From the NCBI GenBank assembly GCA_963751335.1, contig CAVVUB010000001.1:325704-389703 (forward strand): DNA of 64,000 nt. Direction: 5' to 3'. Shown one piece after another: positions 27,647-38,796 of this stretch. Both the position numbers and the translations under genes were made by a program. The DNA comes from an uncultured Acidimicrobiaceae bacterium (GTDB lineage Bacteria; Actinomycetota; Acidimicrobiia; Acidimicrobiales; RAAP-2). The notes beneath the pieces are model-generated. The model ran no database searches and was not told the DNA's origin. It was given only the letters and a program-made list of their open reading frames with translations. How positions within the stretch are numbered: the stretch's first letter is position 1; every line of letters starts with the position of its first letter.

Positions 27647-30600
27647 ATGACCTCACCCACCACGATCACCGCCTCACGAGAGCGGCACGCAGCCACGCGC
27701 AGGGCGAGAGAACCGGGCGGACGCTGGTGGTGGATCGGCGGCCTCGCCCTGCTGGCCGGGACTGGCCTACGTGCCCCTGCTGGCGGTGCGACCGGGCGTC
27801 ATCACACCCGACACGAAGACGTACCTGTACCTCGACCCCCTGCGCTTCTTGAGCCAGGTGCCCTTCATGTGGAACCCGAGCGTCGCCCTGGGCACGGTCA
27901 GCCACGAGTACATCGGCTACCTGCTCCCGATGGGCCCCTTCTACGCGGTGTTCCACCTCTTGGGAGTGCCCATGTGGGTGGCCCAGCGTCTCTGGCTCGG
28001 CTCCATCCTCTTCGCCGCAGGGATCGGGATCCTCTACCTCTGCCGCATCCTCGGCCTGCGTGGTCCCGGCCCGATCGCCGGCGCGCTGCTCTACATGCTC
28101 TCGCCCTACTTCTTGCAGTATGCAGGCCGGATCTCGGTCATCCTGCTGCCCTGGGCAGGACTGCCATTCATGCTCGGTCTCACCATCGTCGCCCTTCGGC
28201 GCGGCGGCTGGCGCCAACCGGCCCTCTTCGCCATCGTGGTGGCCCTGGTGAGCGGAATCAACGCCACCTCCATCATCTACGTCGGCGTCGTGCCCGTCCT
28301 GTGGCTGCTCTACGCCGTCGTCGTGCTGCACGAGGCCACCTGGCGCCGTGCGCTGGGCACCGACGTGCGCATCGGGTTGCTCACCCTGGGCGCCAGCGTC
28401 TGGTGGATGGCCGGCCTCGAGATCGAGGCGGCCTACGGGGTAAACGTCCTCAAGTACACAGAAACCGTCCCGTCGACCTCGGCCACCTCCAACGCGGCCG
28501 ACATCCTGCGCGGGCTCGGCTACTGGTACTTCTACGGGACGGACCACCTCGGCCCGTGGACCAACGCGGCAGTCCGCTACACGCAGAACATCGCGCTGTT
28601 GGCGACCTCGTTCGCCGTGCCCGCGCTGGCGGTGCTCGGCGCGGCCTTCGTGCGCTGGCGCGAACGGGCATTTTTCCTCGTCATCCTCTTCGTCGGGGTC
28701 GTGCTGGCCGTCGGGACCATTCCCCTACTCCAACCCGACGGCGCTGGGCGGCTGGCTGAAGTCGTTCATGACCAACACGACGGCGGGACTGGCCCTGCGC
28801 TCCACCGACCGGGCCACCCCGGTCGTGCTGCTGGCGCTGGCCATCCTCCTGGCCAGCGCGCTCACCGCGTTGTGGCGCCGCCTCAACGTCGTCGGCATCA
28901 CCACCGCGGTGGTGATCGGTGCTCTGGTGATCGCCAACAACCCCTCGCTCTTCAACGGCGACACCATCGCCAACAATTTCACCCAGCCGGCGTCGCTCCC
29001 CTCCTACCAGCTGGACGCGATACGGCACCTCAACAACACGCATCCGGGCACACGGGTCTTCGCCATCCCGGGCAACGACTTCGCCTCGGACCGCTGGGGC
29101 GACACCATCGACACGCCTCAGCCGGCTCTGCTCGACCGCGACTTCGTCACCCGCGAGCAGCAGATCATGGGCTCCATCGCCACGGCCGACACGCTCTACG
29201 CCGTGGACTCGCCGATCCAGGACGGCATTGCCAACATGAACGCACTGGCCCCGATGGCTCGGCTCATGGGTGCGGGCGACCTCATGGTCGAATACGACCA
29301 GCGCTACGAGCACTACGGCGTGCCCCAACCCCAACTGCTCGCCCTCGCGCTCCTGCAGACGCCCCTCGGGCTCTCCGACCCGAAGTCGTTCGGCTCACCC
29401 CGTCCCAACGTCTCGACCGTGTCGACGCTCAACGAGCAGGACCTGTCCATCCCGGGCAACGTCGGCTGGCCTGCCCCGCTCGTCACCTACACGGTGAAGA
29501 ACCCCCGCGCCATGTTGCGAGGCGAGTCGGACAGCGGCGCCATCGTGATGGAGGGAGACGCCACCGGGCTCAACAACCTGGCCGGGCTCGGCCTGCTCAA
29601 CACGGACAGCGCCATCTACTACGCGGGCACCCTGGCCAAGGACTGCGTCGCGCCTGCACCAGCTCGCCACCTCGGGGGCCCAGCTGGTGGTGACCGACAC
29701 CAACCGCAAACAGGCCTTCCGCTGGGACACCCTGACGGCCAACGCCGGCGTACACGGAAACCCCGGGCGAGAACCCGGCCAAGACGGACCAGAGCGACAG
29801 CCCGGTGGAACTGTTCCCGGGGTCGACCATCACCTCGAAGACCTACGCCACCTACGTGGGCGCCGTCAACGTGACGCGCCAGCAGCTACGGCAACTCGGT
29901 GTCGTACACGCCCGAAGACCAGGCCTACAGCGCCATCGACGGCAACTTCGACACGGCCTGGATCGCCGGGACGTTCGTCCCCAACCCGGCCGGGCAGTGG
30001 TGGCAGGCCCAGTTCCAAAAGCCGGTTACGACCGATCACATCACCGTGGTGCAGCCCCAGCGCGGTGACCGCTCGCGCTGGGTCTCCTCGGTCACTCTCA
30101 CCTTCGACGGCAAGGACCCGATCCACTACGACCTGACCAAGGCCTCGCACGTGACGAGCGGCCAGACGCTCACCTTCCCCACGCGCACGTTCCACACCTT
30201 GCGGGTCACCCTCGACGGGACCACCGACAACCGGGCCACACCGCTGTCGGCCGCCGCCGTCGGATTCTCCGAGATCGAGATCCCGGGCCAGTCGGTCCAG
30301 CAGGTGCTCCAGATGCCGACGCAGATGCTGTCCTCGCTGGGCACCGCCTCGCAGAACAACCGGGTCACCGTGGTGATGGCGCGCGACCGCACCTCGCAGT
30401 TCCCACCCCGCAGCGACCCCGAAACGACGATCTCGCGCACCTTCACCTTGCCCACGGCGCGCACCTTCACCCTCTCGGGGAGCGCCAGCCTGTCCGCGCT
30501 CATCCCCGACGACGAGATCGACCGGCTGGTGGGCCGGACACCCGGTGCGGCGGTCGGGCTCGAGTCGGCCTACTCCACGGGGCGCCTCCCGGGCGACCTG

Positions 30601-32279
30601 CGGGCCACGGCGTCGGCCACGATCGACGGCAACCCCCAGACGGCCTGGCAACCGGGCCTGGGCACGGCGGCCCAGCTCGGCGTCTCGCTCACCTACAACC
30701 TGACGAAGCAGACGACACTGAACCAGCTCTCCATGCAGGTCATCGCGGACGGGCGCCACTCCGTGCCCACGTCGATGACCATCGCCTCGGGGACCGCAGG
30801 TACGCCACGTGACCCTGCCACCCATCGCGGACGGCACCGTGCCCAACGCCACCACGACCGTGCCCGTGAGCTTCCCCGCCCTGAGCGGAAGCCAGTTCGT
30901 GGTGACCTTCACCGGCATCCGGCCGGAGTACGCGGCCAACTACTACTCGGCCGGTCCGCTGGCCCTCCCCATCGGCATCGCGGAGATCGGCATCCCCGGC
31001 GTCCTCGCGGCGCCGACGCCGGCGACGGTGCCCGGCAACTGCGTGTCGAACCTGCTCAGCATCGACGGCAAGCCGATCGACGTCGCGGTCGTCGGCACCA
31101 CCGGGCAGGCGCTCAACGGCGGAGAGCTCCAGGTCGTGCCCTGCGGCCCGGACGCCAAGGGCATCACGCTGCCGGCCGGGCCCCACATTGTGCAGACGGC
31201 CCTCGGGCACGGGCCGAACTGCGCCCCCAACCCGGCCACGTGCACCGGCTGGAACGTCGACCAGCTCGTCTTGGACTCGGCGGCCGGGGGCGCGGCGGGA
31301 CCCGCGGTGACACCGACCTCGGCCGGCACCCCGACCCTCCAGGCCACCCAACCGGGTCCGGCGCCGCAGGTGACCCAGACGGCCCAGCACATCGACGGCC
31401 ACGCCGGGCGACGTCAACGGCGCGCACGACTCAGCTTCGAGCTCGTCCTCGGGACAGAGCGTCAACAAGGGCTGGCACGCCGTGGCCCAGCCGGGCCCGG
31501 GCGCGCCCGCGGGGTCCCGCCCCGTCGACCTGGGACGGCCCCAGCTCGTCGACGGCTTCGCCAACGGCTGGCACGTCAGCGCGGCCGACCTCCAGACTCT
31601 GGGCGGGGCCGACTTCAAGGTGGCGCTCACCTGGACCCCTCAGCGCGTGGTGTGGGCGGCTCTGGCTGTGTCGGGGGCGACGCTCCTGCTCTGCCTGGTC
31701 CTCGGCTTCCTGCCCACCCGCTGGCGTCGGGCCATCCGGGGTCGCCTGCCCCGGAGGCTGCGCGGTCCGGCCGGACCGGATGCACCCGCGCGAGCCGCGG
31801 CTCCGTTCGATTCACCCGCCCTGACCCTGCCTTCGTTCCGCGACACGTCGGGTGTGGGTGAGCCCTACCGCTGGCGGCTGCGGATCCCGCGTGCCCTTCT
31901 CGTCGGCGCCGCGACGGGTGGGGTCGCCGCACTGGTGACGCCGTTGACCGCCGCGCTGGTCGTGGCGGGGCTGGTGGCGATCGGTCTGATCCTCCCCTGG
32001 CTGCGCGCCCTCGCCACCATCGCCGCCGTGGCCGCCATCGTCGCCGGCTGCCTCAACGTCGTGCGCGGACAGGCCGTGCACCATTTCCTGCCCGGCTCGA
32101 ACTGGGACGGCTCGTTCCTGAACGCGGACAATCTCATCCTGCTCGGCCTCGTCCTTCTCCTGGCCGACGCCGCCATCAGCGCCTTCGGTCTGCGGGTGCC
32201 CAAGCCGCTCCGCCGTCGTGCGCTGCGGGCGAGGAAGGCGGAGCCGGCCGCTCCGCCAGAGGCGGTGCCACAGACCTGA
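27647..32279 (+). pseudogene. AftD-like (DUF3367) GT-C arabinofuranosyl/glycosyltransferase, about 1541 codons, split by 7 frame breaks
   Basis: The N-terminal GT-C module reads ITPDTKTYLYLDPLRFLSQVPFMWNPSVALGTVSHEYIGYLLPMGPFY..QRLWLGSILF. Luminal discoidin-like modules read SAIDGNFDTAWIAG and TIDGNPQTAWQPG. C-terminal TM helices are present. The frame ladder 2-0-1-2-0-1-2-0 fits seven +1 insertions (4633 nt = 3n+7). Confidence 0.8.
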
Positions 32280-32322
32280 CCGGCGTGGACACCCCGGCAC
32301 TCGCGCATGCAACACTCCGACC

Positions 32323-33018
32323 ATGGTCCGGTGGCAGGCGATCGGGGCGGCCAACAACGCCCACTGGTGCGACCTGGTTGTCCGGTCGCACGGCGGCCAC
32401 GGTGTCTTCGCTCACGACGCCTGGACGAGTCCCACTCGGACTCCCTCGCTGTTCCCCGATGCCGTCACGCTGATTCCGTCGTTGTGTGTTCCCGACCTGC
32501 TCTCCCGTATCGACACGTCCTCTGGATGCTCGATCAAGGACAGCTTCGCCTCCCTCGATCTGACCGCTGACGGCTTCCGTGTGCTTTTCGATGCCCGATG
32601 GATCTGGTCACCGGCTCAGCTCGAAGCGGCCTGTTCCATCTCCCGGGATTGGGACGCGATCACCGACCCGGGTGGCTTGGATCTCTGGGAGGAGGCCTGG
32701 CGTCGCGGCGACGAGCCGAGAGGCCTCTTCCGACCGGAACTGCTGTCCGAAGGGATCGTCGTCCTCGGCCGAATTGAGAAGGAGCGGGTCGTGGCGGGGG
32801 GCATCTTGAGCCGCGCCGCGGATGCCGTCGGGATCTCCAACGTGTTCACCAAAGTGGGGCCGGCCGCCGGGACGTGGTCGGCCCTGGCGCAGACGGCCCG
32901 GGCGTGGTGTCCCGGCCTGCCGCTGATCGGATACGAGCGGGGTGAGGAGCTGGCCCAGGCTCGGAGCAGTGGCTTCCACACCGCGGGGACACTCCGGGTG
33001 TGGATCGCCAACGCCTGA
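32323..33018 (+). CDS. Hypothetical protein, possibly an acyl-CoA N-acyltransferase-like fold
   Basis: Intact 231 aa from MVRWQAIGAANNAHWCDLVV... The C-terminal half (..VVAGGILSRAADAVGISNVFT..) is weakly GNAT-like. No firm motif. Confidence 0.45.
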   Translation: MVRWQAIGAANNAHWCDLVVRSHGGHGVFAHDAWTSPTRTPSLFPDAVTLIPSLCVPDLLSRIDTSSGCSIKDSFASLDLTADGFRVLFDARWIWSPAQLEAACSISRDWDAITDPGGLDLWEEAWRRGDEPRGLFRPELLSEGIVVLGRIEKERVVAGGILSRAADAVGISNVFTKVGPAAGTWSALAQTARAWCPGLPLIGYERGEELAQARSSGFHTAGTLRVWIANA

Positions 33019-33125
33019 TCGCGGCCGCCTCGGCCGTGCTGGTCAACGACGCGGCAAGCTCGAACACGACAAAAGGGGTCCGTGGGGCCCCAGGGGCGTT
33101 CGGGGATGTTTGGCGAGTCCGGTAT

Positions 33126-33857
33126 TCAAGAACGGCCAGCGATGAACACGAACTCTCGGCCGGCCCGATCGGGCGCATCCCGGACCTCTTGAACGGTGAA
33201 CCCCGCTTCTGACAAGGAGTCGGCGAGTTCTTCCCTCGTTCGGAACCGCAGCGTGGAGTCCGACGTGAGCACCGTTCGCTCGCGCTCGAACACGAACCTC
33301 GTGCGAAACGAGACCAGAGGTCCTTCTACGTCGGTCATCTCGACCCAGACATCCACGATGCCGACATCTTCGATGTCTGCTCGGACATGAGAATCCTCGG
33401 GGGTCCACCTGCGCCACGCCTGATCCTCGGGCACTCGGCTCTCGAAGACGAGGTTCCCTCCAGGACGGAGCGCCTGACGGATCGCCCGAAGCGTCACTCT
33501 CCAATCATCGTCGGACACGAAGACCTGGGCGACGTTTCCGGTCATCGTGGCCACGTCGACTTCGAGGGGCGGCAGCGCAGCCGCATCCCCATGGATCCAG
33601 TGGACGCGATCCGCCCCTGGCTTCATGCGAGCGACCTCGAGCGAAGCTGCGGCCGGATCGAGTCCAAGGACCACCAGACCTCCTTGGGCAAGCAGGCAAG
33701 CAAAGGTGCCGGTCCCGCACCCGACGTCGAGCGCCGAACGAGCATCGAGCTCGTTCACCAGCGCCGCGTAGACGTCGAGATCCGATCGATCAGCGTTCAA
33801 CGCGTCGTAGATCCGTGCCAGCCGAGGATCCTCGTACTGTGCATCGGCCACGGCCAA
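33126..33857 (-). CDS. Class I SAM-dependent methyltransferase
   Basis: 243 aa. Motif I is ALDVGCGTGTFACLLA, followed by ..VHWIHGDAAALP..LRPGGNLVFE. Confidence 0.8.
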   Translation of the reverse strand: MAVADAQYEDPRLARIYDALNADRSDLDVYAALVNELDARSALDVGCGTGTFACLLAQGGLVVLGLDPAAASLEVARMKPGADRVHWIHGDAAALPPLEVDVATMTGNVAQVFVSDDDWRVTLRAIRQALRPGGNLVFESRVPEDQAWRRWTPEDSHVRADIEDVGIVDVWVEMTDVEGPLVSFRTRFVFERERTVLTSDSTLRFRTREELADSLSEAGFTVQEVRDAPDRAGREFVFIAGRS

Positions 33858-33892
33858 ACGCTACGTCGCAAACACCTGGACGGCCCGGAGCG

Positions 33893-34552
33893 TCAGCTGC
33901 GCAGTCGGACCAGCTGCTGACTACGGATCGACATCAGAAGACCGTCGACAGCGAACACGGTACCCACTCCGACGCAGACACCCCCGAGAGCGTCTGTCGG
34001 GTAGTGCCAACGCAGCACCACCACCGCAGCGCAGACCATCACGACGACCAGGCCACCCGCCAGGGCCACCAGGGGTTTCGCGAAGCGAGGCGCGACGAGG
34101 AATGCCGCGGCAGCGAGCGCAGCCACCGCGGTGACCGTTCCCGACGGGTACGACGAGGAGGCGCCCGCGAAATGCCGGCCGACGAGCGGCTTGGCCACGG
34201 TCTGCACGATCAACACCGCCGCGATCGGAGCGAGAAGACACGACAATGCCCGCGTCCAGTTCTGGGACATGGCCGCCACCACACAGAGCGCGGCTGCCCC
34301 GGCGATCAGGACCGTCAAGGAACCGAGATGAGCCACGTCGGCGGCCCATCGAGAGGACGGGTCTGCGGGCAGGAGCCGAAACCCGATGCCGTCCACCCGG
34401 TTGGGCCACTGTCGGTGAACGAATACCAGCCCGGCGAGTGTCGCTGCGCCGAGCAAGAGGCACCCCAGGAGCATCTCCATCAACGCCTCGGCGTGATGAC
34501 CCGAGCGACGGCGCGCGTCGAGTCGGCTCTGAGGCGCGGTGGAGACGACCAT
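33893..34552 (-). CDS. PAP2-superfamily membrane phosphatase
   Basis: Polytopic 219 aa with KPLVGR ... YPSGT ... RWHYPTDALGG, matching the KxxxxxxRP / PSGH / SRxxxxxHxxxD acid-phosphatase motifs in degenerate form. Confidence 0.7.
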   Translation of the reverse strand: MVVSTAPQSRLDARRRSGHHAEALMEMLLGCLLLGAATLAGLVFVHRQWPNRVDGIGFRLLPADPSSRWAADVAHLGSLTVLIAGAAALCVVAAMSQNWTRALSCLLAPIAAVLIVQTVAKPLVGRHFAGASSSYPSGTVTAVAALAAAAFLVAPRFAKPLVALAGGLVVVMVCAAVVVLRWHYPTDALGGVCVGVGTVFAVDGLLMSIRSQQLVRLRS

Positions 34553-34615
34553 GCAGACGAGGCTACGGGACCCGACGTCTGAACGGGCCTCGCCCCCACC
34601 CCCAAAATGGCCTTC

Positions 34616-35407
34616 CTACATCCTCCAGCGACGAAATCCGCCTTCTGAATTGACGACCTGGCCGGTGATCCAGGCGCTTTCGTCGGAAACGAGCCAGGAG
34701 ACCAGGAGAGAGACGTCCTCAGGAGAACCCCACCGACCCGCCGGAAGTGCGGAGCGCACCCGATCAAAGAGGTCCGGATCGGCCCACCCCGTGTCGGTCG
34801 GCCCTGGATTGACGCAGTTCACGGTGATTCTTCGGTCGGCCAGGGCGTCAGCCAAGGTAAGGGTCATCTGATGGATCGCCCCCTTGCTGATCGCGTAGGG
34901 CACCTCTTGAGCCATGGGGGCGAGGTGTTGTCCCGAGGTGAAGAGGACCACTCTGCCACCAACTCGTTGATCGTCGTGCTGGGCGGCGAACGCCTGGGTC
35001 AGCAACACGCTGGCGCGGGCATTGACGGCCCAGCTCAGGTCCAAGTCCTCCGCCGTGAGATCACTCAGCGTCTGCGTCCCAGAGCTGGTGGCGTGGTTGG
35101 CCACCAGCACGTCGACATGCCCGAAGAGCTCCACCGCTCGGTCAACGACCTTGGCCGGAGCTTCCGGCAGGGCAAGGTCGGCCTCTACGTGTTCGAGGCA
35201 CTCTCCGTATTGTCGGAGCGCCTCGCACACTCCCGGCATGCCCGCGGGGTCAACACCCCATGACTGTTCCGCATCATGGGCCGTCCACGACTGGATCAAC
35301 ACGTTCATTCCCGATTCGAGAAGATCGCGGGCAATGGCGAAGCCGATTCCCGCCCGCCGGCTGACTCCGGTCACGATGGCGACTCGGCCAGCTCTCGACG
35401 CGGTCAC
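34616..35407 (-). CDS. SDR-family oxidoreductase
   Basis: 263 aa: VAIVTGVSRRAGIGFAIA (Gly-rich NAD(P) motif), ..NHA.. and Y-x3-K (YAISKGAIHQMT). Confidence 0.85.
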   Translation of the reverse strand: MTASRAGRVAIVTGVSRRAGIGFAIARDLLESGMNVLIQSWTAHDAEQSWGVDPAGMPGVCEALRQYGECLEHVEADLALPEAPAKVVDRAVELFGHVDVLVANHATSSGTQTLSDLTAEDLDLSWAVNARASVLLTQAFAAQHDDQRVGGRVVLFTSGQHLAPMAQEVPYAISKGAIHQMTLTLADALADRRITVNCVNPGPTDTGWADPDLFDRVRSALPAGRWGSPEDVSLLVSWLVSDESAWITGQVVNSEGGFRRWRM

Positions 35408-35654
35408 TTTTGAAGCTTAGGAAATCAGCTCACAGGCCGGGTTGCAACGTTGCCTGCCACGTCGTCAGCGACGTGACGATACCGGGGTAACCGGGTACGT
35501 CGAACTGGCTACACATAGGATCTGGCCGATGTCCGAGACTGACGTTGCCCGCAAATGGCGATGGATTGAAGTAGGGAACACCATCGCCGGAGTCGTCATC
35601 AGCGCCGTAGCCGTGATCTTCTACCCAGTGTGGCGGCAGCGTTGATCGTCGGAT

Positions 35655-36107
35655 TCATGGTGTTGTGCATGGCTGACACGTGGTATCTGGGAAGCCGGCT
35701 GAAGCGAACTCGACATCTCTTTCGGGTGACACACCGCCGGTAGTGGCGCAGACAGAACCAGATTCTCTCCGAGCGAACGGCTGACCACGTTTGCTAGGAC
35801 CCCACTCTCGGCACGCCGAGCCTCCTTGATCCCGTCTCATCCTCCTAAGCGAGCCGCCGATCGCCAAAATAAAGCACACGGTCGAGAACGCGGTTAACGA
35901 CCAGGGCGATGAGCCAGCATGACGTCCGTGACTGAGGATGGCCATCACGGTGATCCATAAGGTGGAGAGGGCAGTTACGCCATACAGAACGGCAAGCAAC
36001 AACCAATGGCTGGGGTTCGGCTCGCTCCGTGACTCTCGCTTCAGTTCCTGGTTCTCAAAGAAGGCTCGCAAGCCCCGCTCCTTCGGCACGATCTCAGTTT
36101 CGCACAA
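35655..36107 (-). CDS. Hypothetical small membrane protein (weak call)
   Basis: The ORF has two hydrophobic helices (WLLLAVLYGVTALSTLWITVMAIL; LTAFSTVCFILAIGG). It sits in an A/T-richer patch. The C-terminal third looks non-coding. Confidence 0.25.
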   Translation of the reverse strand: MCETEIVPKERGLRAFFENQELKRESRSEPNPSHWLLLAVLYGVTALSTLWITVMAILSHGRHAGSSPWSLTAFSTVCFILAIGGSLRRMRRDQGGSACREWGPSKRGQPFARRESGSVCATTGGVSPERDVEFASAGFPDTTCQPCTTP

Positions 36108-36229
36108 ACAGCCTCGCTCCCCGAGGTGCCCCGTTCGGAGACACCGAAGAGGTGGGTTCCGTCCAGCTCGGCGCGTGTCGCGACGTGATCGGCGGCATGG
36201 AGCAGGTAAAGCATTCGGGTCGCAGAACT

Positions 36230-36646
36230 ATGGTGTGGGTCATGTGGCGAGGTCCAGGACGTTTACTGCTGATTGGGGTGACGTCCGTAACGGCGTTTCT
36301 GTGCGGTTGTGCCGGTCCGTCAGCGCCGACTGCATCACCTCATTTTTGTCAACCGGTGAAGCGTCTGATGGGGACGGATGCCGTGAATGCGGTTCATGCT
36401 TCGCGTAGCTCGACCTCTGCTGTGCCATTCATGGGCGCGACGATTCAACTTGAACGAGACATTGACGTGTCGCTTCCGCATGCACCAACAGCTCAGCTCC
36501 GGCGTGAACTTATGCAATATCGGCGGAGTATCGCTGGGGCAGGGGGTTCTGACGCAGTCATTGGTGCAATGAGCCATTTCGACCGGCTGGCTGGAACGCA
36601 GTTGAGGGAGCTGCGGGATACATCCAATCGGAAGCTAGTGGCTTAG
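36230..36646 (+). CDS. Hypothetical lipoprotein
   Basis: MVWVMWRGPGRLLLIGVTSVTAFLCGCAGPS is a signal peptide with a lipobox-like LCGC. No domain recognised. Confidence 0.4.
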   Translation: MVWVMWRGPGRLLLIGVTSVTAFLCGCAGPSAPTASPHFCQPVKRLMGTDAVNAVHASRSSTSAVPFMGATIQLERDIDVSLPHAPTAQLRRELMQYRRSIAGAGGSDAVIGAMSHFDRLAGTQLRELRDTSNRKLVA

Positions 36647-36993
36647 ACCCGGAAGCCGCCCCGCTCGTTAAGAACCGATGAGTTGAGCCTCATGGCTGAC
36701 GACGTTGGTCGGGATGCCGCACAGCTCCCGGTCTGAAGCGGGGAGAGACACCCGTCACCGGGTTCCCATTGGTTCCGGGTCATGTGCCAACTCCCTTTTC
36801 AGGTCCGTCGGGCGGTGGATCCAAGGATCGTTCCCGCAGTCCTCCGTGTCGCGTCGACGCCGCCCGACGGGCCACGGCCATCGCCTCCTTGCCAGCGGCA
36901 TTCGAAACGCATGGAAGACCACCAACGAGACGTTGCACCTGCGGATGACCGGGTATGGAGAGTGGAGAGAGGGACACGAGGAGGAGCAACGTC

Positions 36994-37536
36994 ATGGACC
37001 TCGACCTTTTGGACCTGTATGGGCAGGCGAGCGAATGGGCAGGCAGCAAGGTGCGTGGAGCCGTCTCCGACCTTGACGCGCCGACGACGTGTGACGGTTG
37101 GACGGTCCGCACGCTCATGAATCACATGCTCGAGACGCAGCGGTACTTCGTCGGATCGGCCCAGGGCGATGAGGTGACCCTTTCCCAAGAGCCACCGGAT
37201 CTCCTGGGCCAAGACCCCTCCGCTGACTTCGATCGAGCGCGTGCCGAAACCCTCCGCACGTTTGGGGCGCCGGGCGCCATTGAACGCACGGGCCCAGCCC
37301 TGGGCATCGCGTTCAGCGACCAGTTGCTTCATGGCTGGGATCTGGCTGTCTCGACCGGACAAGACCCAACGATGCCCGAGAGCTTGCCTGAATCTGCCTA
37401 CACGATGATTCATGGCCGTTTTACCGAAGACCAGCGAAAAGGAGTCTTCAAACCAGAAATTGCGATCAGCTCTGACTCATCACCCCAGGCGAAACTTCTT
37501 GCGTACACCGGGAGGAATCCGTCGGCAGGGACGTAG
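36994..37536 (+). CDS. TIGR03086-type / mycothiol-maleylpyruvate-isomerase N-terminal (DinB-fold) protein
   Basis: MDLDLLDLYGQASEWAGSKV..LDAPTTCDGWTVRTLMNHML..LLHGWDLAVSTGQD..KLLAYTGRNP. GAGGAGGAG lies upstream of the ATG. Confidence 0.7.
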   Translation: MDLDLLDLYGQASEWAGSKVRGAVSDLDAPTTCDGWTVRTLMNHMLETQRYFVGSAQGDEVTLSQEPPDLLGQDPSADFDRARAETLRTFGAPGAIERTGPALGIAFSDQLLHGWDLAVSTGQDPTMPESLPESAYTMIHGRFTEDQRKGVFKPEIAISSDSSPQAKLLAYTGRNPSAGT

Positions 37537-37673
37537 TTCTCGAGGTTCCGCGCTGCGTCACTGTCGACGTGGGATCCTCTCTGCGCTCAGATACGAGTCC
37601 TGGCATACTTGGCAGTTCTCACGTCACCAGACTCCGTCGCACGGGGTGTGTGACCCAACCACTGGGATGCCAG

Positions 37674-38138
37674 ATGACCGAACTGCCCACACCTCCAGAA
37701 GGAATCGTGCTGGCCCACTTCATCGTCTCGGACGATGTCGAGCGCTCCCGGCGTTTCTACAGCGAGGTACTCGGCGGCAGGGTGGTCTTCTCCGGAGACG
37801 TGACCTACGTCGAACTCTCCAACAGTTGGATCATCATCAATGTCGGCGGAGGCCCGACCGACGACAAGCCGGAGGTCACCCTGGAGACGCCGCGCGATCC
37901 TGACCGGGTCAGCAGCTTTCTCAATATCCGGGTCAAAGACATCGAGGCCGTGTACACCGAGTGGAGCGCACGGGGTGCTCAATTCCTGACGCCGCCGAAA
38001 CAGCACCAGTACGAGATCCGTTGCTACATCCGAGATCCTGACGGTCATCTGATCGAAGTGGGTCAAACCACGGACCCGGAGGGGGACTGGTCACCCGCTC
38101 ACTGGCCGTCGACCCGGTCCGGCGGAGAGCCCGAGTGA
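37674..38138 (+). CDS. VOC-family (glyoxalase/bleomycin-resistance fold) protein
   Basis: ..LAHFIVSDDVERSRRFYSEVLGG..FLNIRVKDIEAVYTEWSARGAQFL..CYIRDPDGHLIEV. Confidence 0.75.
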   Translation: MTELPTPPEGIVLAHFIVSDDVERSRRFYSEVLGGRVVFSGDVTYVELSNSWIIINVGGGPTDDKPEVTLETPRDPDRVSSFLNIRVKDIEAVYTEWSARGAQFLTPPKQHQYEIRCYIRDPDGHLIEVGQTTDPEGDWSPAHWPSTRSGGEPE

Positions 38139-38233
38139 ATGCCGGCATCACCGGCGAGCATCGGCCCATAGACGTCCTTCCTGGGTCCCCCCGCAGGATC
38201 TACAGATTCGGGCGTACTCGCTAACCTCGTCAG

Positions 38234-38614
38234 ATGGAGCACATGTCGGAGCGCTCACCAAGGGTTCTGGGCCACCGTTGGGGCGAACTCGACATTGAGG
38301 GACTGGGCAGATATGGCGATGCCAAGCTCTGGCCTGGCGGTGGAAGGGAATGGGACTGGGTGGAAACCGGAACCCACCATCAGCCAGGTATTCAGCCATC
38401 AGACCTGGAGGAACTTCTCACTTTCCAGCCCGAAGTCGTCGTTCTCACCCGCGGTCGAGAACTCAAGCTCGAAGCCTGCCCTGAAACTCTGACGTTGCTG
38501 AAGACTCATGACGTAGAGGTGATCGTCGAAGAGACGTCGGTCGCCATCTCGAGGTACAACGACCTGGTGGCGGACAATCGACGGGTAGCAGCGCTCATAC
38601 ACAGCACCTGCTGA
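38234..38614 (+). CDS. Mth938-like domain protein
   Basis: 126 aa: ..WGELDIEGLGRYGDAKLWPGG..PEVVVLTRGRELKLEACPETLTLLKTHDVEVIVEETSVAISRYNDL..AALIHSTC. Confidence 0.7.
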   Translation: MEHMSERSPRVLGHRWGELDIEGLGRYGDAKLWPGGGREWDWVETGTHHQPGIQPSDLEELLTFQPEVVVLTRGRELKLEACPETLTLLKTHDVEVIVEETSVAISRYNDLVADNRRVAALIHSTC

Positions 38615-38796
38615 CACGGCTCAGCTTTGTGTACCACACCGTCCCCGCACTGTTCGGGTACCCGGTCTCCACGGGGCGCTGTCTGACCGGTGAACTGGGT
38701 CACCAGGAGCTCTACCCAGCAGGGGCCGTCCTGGTTACGGTCCGTCCGACAGTCAGGGCTCCGTGCTGGTGCCGCCTGGCCAGGAAGGAGACCGAA

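Noticed and set aside
35442-35645. A 67-aa ORF (or the 38-aa MSETDVARKWRWIEVGNTIAGVVISAVAVIFYPVWRQR version) as a small membrane toxin-like peptide.
   Set aside because: It has a single hydrophobic helix and nothing else. There is no partner gene, no clear RBS and no family resemblance, so the evidence is insufficient for a feature call.
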